Assembly (NCBI GenBank): GCA_008632985.1
Contig: QPGO01000026.1
Span: forward strand, 1 to 64,000
Source: Psammoneis japonica
Lineage: Eukaryota
Direction: 5' to 3'
Length of the DNA: 64,000 nucleotides
In this document: in pieces, positions 48,401 to 60,195 of the stretch
How positions within the stretch are numbered: the first letter of the stretch is position 1
Layout: each line of letters begins with the position of its first letter
Translations under genes and position numbers: made by a program
Notes under the pieces: model-generated
What the model was told of the DNA's origin: nothing
The model's database searches: none
What the model saw: only the letters and a program-made list of their open reading frames with translations

Positions 48401-51386
48401 ACGTGCCATGTCCCTCAATGTGCTGCCTGTCGATTCGGAAAAGCGACAAAAGCACCTTGGAAAGTCAAAGGGGACAACAAACAAAACAAAACATTCAAAG
48501 CCACTGAGCCTGGTCAGTGCGTGTCGGTGGACCAACTTGACGCAACAACACCAGGTCCAACAGGCCAATTGAAAGGCTGGGCAACAACAAAACGCTGCAG
48601 ATGCGCTGCTCTGTTCGTTGACCACTGCAGTGACTTCTCTTTTGTCCATTTGCAAACAACTTTGACTGGAGCTGAGACGGCAGCAGCGAAGCGCGCGTTT
48701 GAAGCATGCTCCCGATCACTCGGAGTTCACATTTGTCACTGCCATGCCGACAATGGCCGTTTCGCAGACAATGCACACCTCAAGGTGGCAAAGGATGCAA
48801 ACCAAACGACATCCTTTTGCGGAGTCAATGCACACTTTCAAAACGGCATCTGCGAGAAAAGAATCTGCGACCTCCAAGATTCAGCTCGCACACAACTCAT
48901 GCATGCCAAGCATCGATGGCCAGCAGCAGCAGAGGTGGCTCTGTGGCCCAGCACCATTCGATGCGCGAACACTGTGTGCAACTGTGTGCCGAGAATTGGT
49001 CAGCAAGTGTCGCCGATCGAACTTTTCTCAAAAGCACCAGCGAAACCCAAAATTTGGCACTTTCATCCGTTCGCCTGCCCAGCCCACATTTTAAACAGCA
49101 AACTGCAAGCCAACAACACTGCACCCAAAAGTGGGACCCTCGCTCTTGAGTTGGTCCACACCTTGGGCCATCACCAAGACACTCTCGTCAGTTGCTCCGG
49201 TTCCAAATCTCGCCACGGGGATGGTCTCACCACAATGTCACGCGAGGTTTGACAATTCATTCAAAATGCTCAAATCCCAATGCACGACTGAGTCCCGCTG
49301 GCAGCAGATCTGCCACTTCCTCCAAGACTCAAAACTTCAACCACGAATCACCAAGAAGACCGGAACGGCGGCACGCGTCAAGACCACGTGAGCCACGTCA
49401 AATGCACACCATGGTGCCAAACCCGCCAAAATGCCTGTGGAGGCAACCGCACCGGATGAATTGGCAGAAGATGAAGAAGATGCGCCAAATGCAACAAATG
49501 AGGGAGCCTCTGAGACCCCAGAATCACTGCCAGAATCCGAAGCACCTGAACCAGAGCCTCCACCAGCAGCACGAATGACGTGGTCTGGACGCACTGTTCA
49601 GCCAATGCAGGGCATGATCGAGTCAGAACTGCAACGGCAGGCCAATGTTGTCTCGCACAGAGCCAACTTCGAAGTGCTGGACCAAGACATGCACTCAGAA
49701 CAAGATTTTCAGGCAGATCTTGACAATCCTGTCGCTTGCTCCTTGAAGGCCTCTGCTGATCCGGGTGCCATGTGCATGCACAAAGCTGTGAAGCAGCCAG
49801 ATGCAGAGCAGTTCAAAGAGGCCATGGTGAAGGAAATTCAAGACCACACTGCTCGTGATCACTGGGAACCATGCGAGAAATCTGATGCACCCAACGATGA
49901 GACGATCCTGCCAGCAGTGTGGTCAATGAAGCGCAAGCGCCAAATTCACACACGAGAAGTCTACAAGTGGAAGAGTCGACTTAATCTTGGCGGGCACAAG
50001 CAGATTCCCGGAAAGCACTGTGACCAGACTTGTGCACCAGCTTTGTCCTGGACAACGATCCGTCTGTTTCTGCATCCATGTGTCATGCATGGATGGCATT
50101 CAAGACAAGTTGATTTCGTCCTTGCGCATCCACAAGCGGACATTCCATGACCAACCTTCATGGAGCTGCCCCAGGGAGTGACATTTCCTGGCATTGATTG
50201 CAACAAATTTTGTCTCTGCATTAAGAAGAACATGTGCGGCGGACATGACAGTGGACGAACCTGGCACAAACATCTCCGTGCCGGTTTAATGCAACTCGGT
50301 TTTGTTCCATCGGAGTTCGATGAATGCATCTTCTACAGAGGAACCACAGTCCTCCTGGTCTACACAGATGATTGTCTTGTGTTTGACAAAGAGTCTGCTG
50401 CAAACATTGACAAGGTCATCAAGTTGATGCAAACCACATTCGATGTGGAGGACGAAGGAACCATTGACAAATGCCTCGGAGTCAAGATTCAGAGGGAGAA
50501 AAATCGACATCACTTGGCCCAGCCTCACCTTGTCAATGGCATTCTTGTCAATCTCGGACTTGTCAATGAGAATGGAACACCAAAGAAAGTGGTGACCACC
50601 AGGGAGCTTCCAGCCCTCTCCACCAGGCTCATTGGGCCTGACTTTGACGGCGAACCTTTTGACTGTGATTTCGACTGCCGATCGGTTGTGGGCAAAGTCA
50701 ACTTCCTTGAGAAGTCTGCTTGCCCGGATGTCACGTACACGACTCACCAACTGGCTTGCTTCACAGCCAATCCAAAGAAGTCCCATGGCGTGGCCCTCAA
50801 GCACCTCGGTCGGCACTTGTTGCTGACTCGTGACAAGGGCTGCTGCACTCAAATTCCTCCAGATGGCACCAAGAGCTTTGAGTGCTACGTGGATGCCAAC
50901 TTCTGTGGCAACTGGGACAAAACAATTGCGGCGGAGGACCCCAACATGGCAAAGTCTTGCAGCGGCTATGTCGTTGAGCATGGAGGGGCTCCTCTCTGCT
51001 GGCCATCCAAGCTGCAGACTCAGTTTGCTCTCAGCAGCAGTGAGAGTGAATGCTTGGCCTTGTCGGCTGCCACCAGGCATGCAAAAGCATCTGTGCATCT
51101 CCTTGAGGAGGTGAACGAGAAGTTTTGCCCTGTGGCAACCACACCAACAGTCTGCTGCAAATCATTCAAGGACAACTCGGCAGCACTTGAGACTGCAAAA
51201 GTGCCCAAGATGCGTCCAAGAACACGTCATGTCAACAATGTCTGTCACCACTTCCGCTCTGAAGTCGCCAACGGACATCTCCTGATTGAAGCCATTGGGA
51301 CCAAACTCCAACAAGCTGACTTCCTGACGAAAATGCCAGACCTAGCGACGTTCATTCGCCATCGTCTCTCGGTTCAGGGATGGTAA
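45451..51386 (+). pseudogene. gag-pol, interrupted by TGA stops, frameshifts and a MITE
   Basis: ORFs 45316-46152, 46159-, 46760-47146, 47162-49252, 49431-50150, 50160-51386. Confidence 0.9.
46428..46796. mobile_element. MITE inserted in gag, ~24-bp TIR, 4-bp TSD CCCA
   Basis: GACGCGTTCCAGcccTAGGTGGGA / TCCCACCTAcgtCTGGAACGCGTC; CCCA at 46424-46427 and 46797-46800; perfect 17-bp hairpin 46609-46647; TpA-rich. Confidence 0.92.
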
Positions 51387-51413
51387 CAACTCGGACATTT
51401 CGGTGTGAAGGAG

Positions 51414-51802
51414 TGTGAGAATATACATATATTCATGTATCAGTGTGCCATCAAGTCCTACGTGTGACAATGACCGCTCAGAAACCGCCATCAACCACCA
51501 TCAACGACTCACCCAATCACAGCTCGAGAAACGAATGAGATCGGAGGTCTTGGGTTCAAATCGAGAATTGAGCCTCACTTCTTCTTTTCTTTTATGCAAT
51601 CAAGAACTTCTCGTTCCTGCTAAGTCTTTTCACTACGTTCTCGGTACAAATACGGGTCACTTCTCGTTCTTTACAAATTCTTGTTGGTTGTCGAGTAGAG
51701 TAGTTTTTGTTCTCACAATTTAGCGACTGGTCAATTCGTACCTCCTAAGTTGTCTATTGTTACTATTTCTATCTCTACGGCGTAAACTACCGTATACCCA
51801 CA
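51414..51802 (+). repeat. 3' LTR (TpA largely retained)
   Basis: tgtgagaatatacatatattc...actaccgtatacccaca. Confidence 0.95.
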
Positions 51803-53446
51803 CACGACGCAAGAGCGACTAACGGCATGGGTGAAATTGGTGCAAGATTAATGCACCAGAACCAAGGATCGAGTAGCACTATCCAAACCAAAGGTCCATC
51901 GACTGCGACAACAAACAAGGTGAAGAATACACCGAGGCAATAAGAAGGCCATTTTGCTACAGAAAGGAGTCATAGACTAACTGCTCTTTCATTCTTTGAA
52001 TCTCAAGCAAGCTACAGGCAGTCATCTTGTTGGTGCCAGGAATCGCATCACTTGATTCAAGACACGGGGAATTGAATCACTGCTTCGATATCAACGAACA
52101 ACTGAGAAATACTTATCGAGAGCATACAAGACAAAGCTGATTACAGTGGAAGAATATTCCAAGGCGGATTGGTTTGATGAGAACGGGTACTCGCAAACAG
52201 CACGTGATGAAGTGTAGGGGAGATTTGTCAATCCGTGGAATTCTGTCGCTACCAATGGTCACCATTCACTCGGTACCTTCCTTTCGTAAAGATTGGATCG
52301 ACTCGTTACAAAAACAAGGAGATACATGATTTGGGCGAATCTACAACTCGTACTCTGAACAACAGAGATTTGGATGCGGTGTTTGCTCCACGCGCTTCAA
52401 AAAGCAATCCCGATGCAATCAAGTTGACGGGACATTCCTCTTGTGTGCTTGGTGGAAATGGCCCATGGTGGCGATATTACAATAAATGAACGGATCCGCA
52501 TATTTCATAGTATGCCTTTCTCCGTTTGACTTTGACCGAAACGAGTAGTGGACGCGCCGTACTGGCATCATGGCAAACCGTTTATGTCTGCGCCATGTGT
52601 CACCATCAGTAGGCCCTAAACGACAATGGTGGGAGTCAACTATATTTCCAAAAAAGTTAACTCGTCCCTGTTGCAAAGGAAACAAGACCTTTACAAAGAA
52701 CAAGAAGCTGGTACTCTTTAAAATCACATGTGTGCTCCGGCGCAGCATTGGTGTATAGTCGCACAACACCGCAGGATGTCGAAATAATGTACAAGGCTGT
52801 GGTGCTCATTTTTTGTGATGGAGTACTACAATCAAGAAGAAGAGCTCCACCATCGTTTCTACTTTGGTGAATTTTGCTTGGGTCATTTGATTTGGCTGCC
52901 ATTCGTAAGCTATAAGACTATTGCTTGTTGATTTGGCTCTTGGTTCTGTGATGTCCATATGCACCACGGTGGTTCATGGCCGATAGCCATGCATCCCAAA
53001 GGAAGCTCTCCGGATATACAAGGATGAGCAATGCAAGAAATCTGTTGCGATACATTTGGGGCACGTTTGACTTGGCGGATGATAATATACAAGAAACTCC
53101 GTTGTTGCTACAGGAAGCGTTTCGATAGATTTTGTTGTTTTGCGTCATGAGACATCGGTGGAATCCAATCCAGATGAACATCATGAGTGTCCAAGCAGGA
53201 GAGAAGAATTTGTGAATGACGGCGAGATTCAGCTACTAGAGTAGACTCCAATGAAGAAAGTTCGTACTCCAATGACGGTGAACGGCAAGGGGTCACACTG
53301 GCTTAACAAAAATGCTACTTGATAATGTCTCTGCTAGGTCTACAAGGATCATTTTGTAGAATAAGAAAAGCCATCATGAGTTTGGGACGAAACACAAACA
53401 GTAATGCAATGTAAACCACCCGTTCAAAGATCGCTCATGCTGAGAT

Positions 53447-56400
53447 CTAAGTATCAAACAAAGCGCTTCTGTTTGCATCTTCTATTTCGCCGTCTTGCTG
53501 AACATCTGGCTCCAAGAATGTACATTCGAATGTGCCATACGCCATTGCTATCTCGTCGGAGAACATCTCCAATACTGCAGGTTTGCAATGAAGCTGAAAC
53601 CTGTACTCCAACCCGTTGGCCTCGAACCAGTGCTTGACGCTCTTGACCTTGTGATTATTGTGATAAATTTTGATGTCGTGGCCTTTTTCCCAGATCTTTT
53701 CTTTGGTATCAGGGACTGTTCCGATTCGCAATATCCTGTTGCCGACAACAAAGAAACCTTTTTTGTCGGGAACGAGTGCCTCGTGAGGTCGTACAGCTTT
53801 GTTCTTGCTGCTGAATCCAGAAATACTGTCACTAGAACGTAGAAGAATGTTCTCGATCAACTGCCATGCTTCAGAGAAAGACAGCACGCGTTCCATAAGA
53901 AACATTTTGTACCCCACCTCTTCGAACTGTCGATTCACTTGATCAACGTGCCTTTCTAAGCGTACCCGCAATGGTTCATCTTTATCCATCCGTGAACCCT
54001 GCAATGAGTGTGAGCGTAAACTTGTCTTCTTCGAAATGAGAGTTTGTTGTAGCCCGCCACCTCCACTGCCGATGTCTACTTCATCATCAGGAATCAATTT
54101 CTCCAGTCGTTTGATGACTTGTGTTTTACGTTTGTTCTCAGACTCTAGAAGCTTAACTCGCGAACGAAGCTTCTCGAACTCAGACAATTTTGCAGCTTCC
54201 TCCGAACTGCTACAATGCTGTTCAACGGGCGGCTCTGATGCCACTTCCTTGCAATGGCAAGCTTGTTTATCGGAATGGGTAACCATTTGTATTTTAGATG
54301 ATTTGCTTGATTGTAAATGAACACCGACATATTCCAAACACGAACCCTTTGCAATAACACCAAGGCATTCCAAGACGAATGCTGCCTTTTCGTCTTCATC
54401 AGCTTGTTTCAAATCATTGTATCTGTCGCGATCTTCTTCCCACAGTTGAAGGACGCCGATCGTAATAGTGTGAAGGTCATCAATCACCTTGAGACCGATT
54501 GGATCCAGTTCTTCCAAGGAAATCAGGTGAACCTTTCGAAGATGGCAAGACGCTACCTTCGTTAATGGCTCAAGGATTGACGCCTTTAACTTTTGAATAA
54601 TCGACGCATTGTCCTTGTCCACACCAATCTCGAAGTCAGAAAAGTTATCCATAACGCATATTTTCTTCGCAATGCGTCGATAGGCCAGCATGTACCCATC
54701 CCGGCTGTTGCCATTGAAAAAATCTTGAAATATCCAGAGAAAATTCTTTTGTTTTCTTTTCAGTGAATAGGAGTACAACGAGATGATGATAGACGCACAA
54801 CCCAAGAATGGGACGTTGCTTACTTCGAGACCCTTGCCGACAACATTGAGGACTGCAGCGATTGTTCCCTGGAGCTTTGAAGACAAGGCAACAGTCACTG
54901 TGCCGCTGGAAATGACTTCAGCTGCTAGATAGGTCCGTTGAAACGACTGACAAAAGGCAAAGAAGTAAGCCTGGATGTGCTTTGGCATTGCTTCTAGCTC
55001 CTCGGGAAGACCTTGTACGGATTCTAGCGATCGATCAAAATCCTGAATATTTGAGGTGAGCTTCTGTAATGCATTGTACTGTTCTGGGGTAAGCCGTTCC
55101 ACATCCAAACGTCGCTTCAGCTCGATGAGTTCACTCGTAGACTTTGAGGTGAGTTTCTGCAATGCATTGCACTGTTCGGGGGTGAGCCGTTCCACGTCCA
55201 AACGTCCCTTCAGTTCCATGAGTTCGTTTGCAGACTCGACGCCTGCCTCACCAACCTTGAGCATCTGCAGCCGAGCCTCCAAAGATGCAATTTGCTTCTC
55301 TAGATCGGTTGCTGAAGCCCACTGAGGCAAGCTCTGAAGAGGAACAAGGGCCTCGTATTCCGCTTTGGCGCGCGCAGCAGCAGACGTTACATCAGGATCT
55401 GTCGCACCTCTGGCCGCCTCAATAAAGTCTTGCAATCGTTGCATTTCTTGATCTAGAGCAACCCTTGCTTGGAACTTCTCAGCACAATCCTTTCGAAACT
55501 GCTCTTGTTTGCTCTCTTCTTGTTTCCTTTGCTCTTCTGCAAGTCGATGTTTCTCCACCGCTTCCCTTTCAAACCGCATTCTTTCTGCCTCTTGCTCTTG
55601 TTGCCTTTGCTCTTCTGCTTTCTGTTCTTCAAGCTCTTCTACAACTTGATCTCTCTCAGCCGCTTCCCTTTCAAGCCGCATTCTTTCCGCCTCTTGCTCT
55701 TGTTGCCTTTGCTTTTCTGCTTTCTGTTCTTCACGCTCTTCTGCAACTTGATCTCTCTCCTCTGCTTCCCTTTCAAGCCGCATTCTTTCCACCTCTTGCT
55801 CTTTTTGCCTCTGCTCCTCTGCTTTCTGTTCTTCAAGCCGCAAGCGTGCTGCCTCCTCTTCGCGACGCCGCTGCTCCATTGCTTCCTGCTCTAATCGTTT
55901 TCGTTCCAACTCCTTTTCTTGCCGCGATCGCTCTAACGCCAGCTCTTCCAGCCGCAATCGTTCTGCCTCTTGCTCACGACGCTCTTTTAATTTTCCAGCC
56001 TCTTCTTCTGCCTTGTTGCTTGTGCTGGTTTTCTGTGGGGAAGCCTGAGGCGCTGGTGATCTCTTGATGGGGAAACCTGCAACTCCTTGTTGCTGCGCTT
56101 TTAAAATCGAAACTACTTGGGAATGACCTTTTTGTTTGGCCATGTCTAGCGCACTCTGCTTGTGAGAGTAGCCTGCTTTAAGATTGGCATCAGCTCCATG
56201 ATCCAAGAGAAGCTGGACGACCTCACCATGTCCATTCTTGGATGCAGCCATGAGAGGCGTCTTTCCTCCTTTACATCTGGCATTTATTTTGGCGCCGTGA
56301 TCCACCAAGAGTTTTGCGGCTTCCACTTGTCCTTGTTGACTGGCATGGTAGAGCGCGGTGGAGCCATCACTGTCGACTGCATCCACATTTGTGACATCGT

Positions 56401-57363
56401 CGAGAAGTCTCACCAGTTCCCATTGACCATTGCGAGCAGCATGCCGCAAACTCTTTTCTATCTTGCGTTCCGGCGGTAAAATTAAAAAGCCCAACGTGTG
56501 CTTTTCTGCACTACCTTGTCGCCCTCGTTTCGCCTCGAAAATCCTTTCTGTGTTGCGTTGTTGCTTGAGTCGTTCTCCTTTCCCCTCGACTTCTGCAAAA
56601 AAGAGGCATAAATGAAAAGGTTATGTGAGAAACGCACACAGGTATTCCGGCGGTATAACAAAAAACGCAACGTGTGCTTTTCTGCTTTACCTTGTCGCCC
56701 TCGTTTCGCCTCATAAATCCTTCCTGCGTTACGTTGTTGCTTGAGTCGTTCTCGTTTCGCCTCGACTTCTGCAAGAAAGAGACAAAAATGAGGTCATGTG
56801 AGAAACGCTCACTGGCATTCCGGCGGTAATACCAAAGAACGCAATGTGTGCGTTTCTGCATTACCTTGTCGCTTGAGCAGTTCTTGTTTTCGTTTCGCCT
56901 CGACTTCTGCAAGAAAAGAGACATGAATGAAAAGGACATGTAAGAAACGCACACTGGCATTCCAGCGGTAAAACCAACGTGTGCTTTTAGTCATTACCTT
57001 GTCGCTTGAGCAGTTCTTGTTTTCGCAGTTCTTGTTTTCGTTTCGTTGCCACTTGTTTGTTCTTGTTGCGTTCCACCAATGTCCGAATTTCGCTTTTCAA
57101 AATATTGGAAATGCCCGTGTTGGAATCCAAGTCCAAGCGCGTCAAATTCCTGTTGTATTTTTGCAGTGTTCGCTTCAATGCTCTTGCTCCGTCGTCACGA
57201 ATTCGGTTGGAATTAAGGTTGAGCCATTCCAATGTGGTGTTGGTTTCGAGTGACGTTGCAAGCGCTCTTGCACCGGCATCACCAATTTCGTTGTGATGAA
57301 GACTGAGCGTTGTCAATGTGGGATCATTTTCCGGAGACGGCGGCAGGCTTCATCGAGTCTCAT
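53447..57363 (-). CDS. LRR (RI/NLRC3-like) + duplicated micro-exons + ankyrin repeats + charged coiled coil + unknown C-terminal domain; apparent 1-nt frameshift near the start
   Basis: Exons ~57363-56998 (LSLHHNEIGDAGARALA), 56906-56865, 56768-56691, 56592-56515, 56457-53447 (GSTALYHAS, GKTPLMAAS ankyrin motifs); phase-1 GT-AG introns; the last acceptor is inferred from frame. Confidence 0.75.
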
Positions 57364-58117
57364 GCTGCTGTTGCAAAATCACAATCACGTGCCACCTGTC
57401 CGCACACAACAAAAAGAGATGCAACAAAGAAGTGCAATGCACAATGACAAGACGGGATCGTTTGCGAGTGTGGTATCTTTCAACAAGAACGAGTCGATGC
57501 AATGAAAGCAACGAATGATGCACAAATGATGGAGAGCAACTACTGTACGGTACAGTATGATGGAAGGGTCTGGTGTCTGGTGTCTGGTTCGCATCCAATC
57601 CGCGACTCTGGTTCGTGCGCACTGACCAACCCGAATTTTCAAAAGATCGGAGTCATCACAGCCTGAAATGACCTACAAACGATTTCTGGACTTAACGGAA
57701 TGACTGTTCTCAGACTTTCATGCTCGGGACACCCTACTGTTAAAGTCATTTCAGACAAAAATGAAGCTGGTCAGAATTGAAACGTTAGATCACAAATTTG
57801 TCCCGTGTACGAGACAAATCGCAGCACCAGAGAGTGGACAAAACAAATGATGTGGTGTCTCACACAATGAATCTTAATGTGGTGTGCAATGCATCGGGAG
57901 TTTGTGTGTTCTTGCTGCAGGCTGAGACTTTGTCATTTTTGATCTTTGCTGTTTTGATGGATGTGTTGATGCTGCTGCAGCTGCAGGTGTGGCGAGACGT
58001 CATTTGTGATTTCACACCTTTTTGCAAAACATCGCTTGTGCGCCAGTCTGCGAAAGGTGTGTGGCATCCGTGGCATGGATTGAGTGCTCGGCAATTGTGC
58101 TTGTTTGTAATTTCCTG

Positions 58118-58514
58118 GACTCGTTCCAGCCCTGGGTGTGAGCTCATGGCACTGACGTGTGATGCAATTGTTTTTTGTCATCCGTCGCATGTTTGGCGCA
58201 CACATTTCTGCATGCAGTCATCCAAAAAATGTTCCAGACTCGCTGTTTTGCAAAACCCCAGACGTTTTATTTAACAAATTTATGAAAACAACAATGCACC
58301 AGGTGCATGCTTCAATGTCTGAAGAGCGCACCTGGCTCAGCAAAACATGATGTGCTTCAATCATGGGCAAGTTTGTGCACTCGCAAAACTGCCTCATTTT
58401 CTGTTGGCGATCATTGGCATGTGTTCATTGCTCGCCAATTTCACTGCGGAGCTTGTGCTTGGAATTCTGCAGGCCCAATGTCACACAGATTCCCACCCAC
58501 ACCTGGAATGCATT
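58118..58514. mobile_element. older TpA-converted relative of the 46428-46796 MITE, 4-bp TSD CCTG
   Basis: Colinear with 46428-46796 (gactcgttccagccctgggtg...attcccacccacacctggaatgcatt); CCTG at 58114-58117 and 58515-58518. Confidence 0.85.
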
Positions 58515-60195
58515 CCTGTTGCTTTCCCTTGCAGGCTGCAAGTGCTGAAACCAGCTTGGCTGTGCGTCACTGTCGGTTGCTTGGACACACGCCAAAGTGC
58601 AGGGCGCGGTGGGCCCACAAATCAAGCCTGCTGAGAGCAACAGCACATGCAGCTTTGACAACTGCTTGCTCTCAACATGTGTCAAGGGAGCTGCAGCCTC
58701 CACAGGAGAGCTGTGGTGGGGACAGGGGCAGCTTGGCGCAAGTTGACGAAAAAGTGTGCCCAGGGCTCAGGAGAGCATCTGATGCAGGGATCTTTTGACA
58801 ACTGAGCTCCACCCAGAAAACAAGACAGTGATTGAGAAGCTGGTGCTCTTTGAAGTTGGGCCTTGTCTCACCATGCACATCAGATCAGGAGCCAGTGCGC
58901 TGCCACAAGTCACCCAAAATGAAAGCTGTGCGCCACGTGCACTCTCATCGTGTGAAAAAGTTTTTCAACATGTGGTTGGCAGGACAATTTGGGCAACCTG
59001 GCTAGACAAAAATTGGCAAGCTTTCTTTCTTTCTTTCTTGGTGTTTTTTGCCCCAACATGTGCAGGAGCTCATCAGAGTTGTGGTTCTGAGTTCAGGTTT
59101 CTTTCTTGCTTGCTGGGCATCTCCTGACATGCTGCTCTGGCCTCAGGTTGTGAAATGCATTTGCACAACTGTGCATGGGCCACAGGCCTCAGTCACCAAA
59201 AACAGTGCTGCAATGTTCAGAGCACCCTCTTTCCATTCTTGTCATGAGTTTGTGCCAATGCACACAATGATTGTGTGCCTCTTGTGCTGCAACCCTCATT
59301 GTCACACCTGCAACGCATGCAAAATTTTGGGAAGCAGCCACACACAGCAGATGCATGAGGAAGCACTGCACCCAGATCACCACCACATTGCAGCAAGCAG
59401 CTGGTGCAGGAAACCTTGTGCAGAAATGTTTGGATGTAACTCAGAAAGGATGATCTGTTGTGAAAAAGCTTGGGAACCCACACCACTCATCTTGCACACC
59501 CAACATGGACAGATGGATGGCAAAAAAAAAAAACAGATCCATTTTTAAAGTGCTGTCACTCCTTTGCCAGCCAGGCTGGTGCCGGCTGACCCACACTCCC
59601 AGCACATCTTGTGGTGTGGCAGGGCAGGAGCCCACACAGACTGGCCAGAATGGGTGTCAGAAAACTGGCCAGCCAAGTGAGAGTCAGGGTCAGACACAGA
59701 TCAGGCTGCACAGTGGACAGACAGCCAAATTGTGGCTTGTGGAGTGCACATGCAACAGCTTGTGCTGACTCAACAGCTGATGTCAAAGACACCTCTGGCA
59801 TGGACAGATCACAGACAACAGAAGTGAAAAGCCTTCAAAGCTCACAATGTTTTCATGAGACAGGTTGTGAAGCCCGGTGTTGCCTCACATCTGAGGGGAG
59901 AACAACACAGGTTGATGGGCCAAATTGAACAATGTGGGTCTGTCCTTCATTTTCCATGCAGGTTTTGGGGGTTCATTGCAGTTTTGCTTCTGTTGCATTT
60001 GGTGTGGGTGGCCACACCAGCATGCTGCGCATTGACATCACAGGTCAATGACTCAGCCCCATTTTGTGCCGCTGCATGAACATTTCTGATGCCACTGCAT
60101 TTTGTGTGTGGTCTCTGTCAACACATCCACATTTTTTCCCTTTTGATCCTTTTCAATCCACGATTGCCTCCGTTGGTTTTCATTTTTGCAAATCA

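Larger units (their letters stand above)
44960..51802 (+). mobile_element. full-length Ty1/copia element (different family) with 5-bp TSD CACGA
   Basis: LTRs 44960-45361 and 51414-51802 (TGTG...CACA); CACGA at 44955-44959 and 51803-51807; IN (WHCRLGH..CAAC, VSVDQL, HADNG, QNGICE), RT (KWKSRLNLGG, VYTDD), RNase H (YVDANF, ADFLTK); PPT gaaggag. Confidence 0.96.

Noticed and set aside
1..51386. Alternative genetic code or RNA editing explaining Tyr->Cys/His
   Set aside because: Non-coding LTRs and TIRs show the same change, both outcomes occur at the same site, and neighbouring genes use Tyr normally
44960..51802. Classical RIP (CpA->TpA) acting on the TA-rich copies
   Set aside because: Three-state sites and conserved Tyr codons show TA is ancestral
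51826..53300. Possible gene downstream of the copia insertion
   Set aside because: TpA-normal and coding-like in places, but stops occur in all frames and I recognise no motif; may be a disrupted gene but cannot be supported
55465..56067. Hydrophobic plus-strand ORFs resembling membrane proteins
   Set aside because: Antisense shadow of the Glu/Arg/Gln-rich coiled coil on the minus strand
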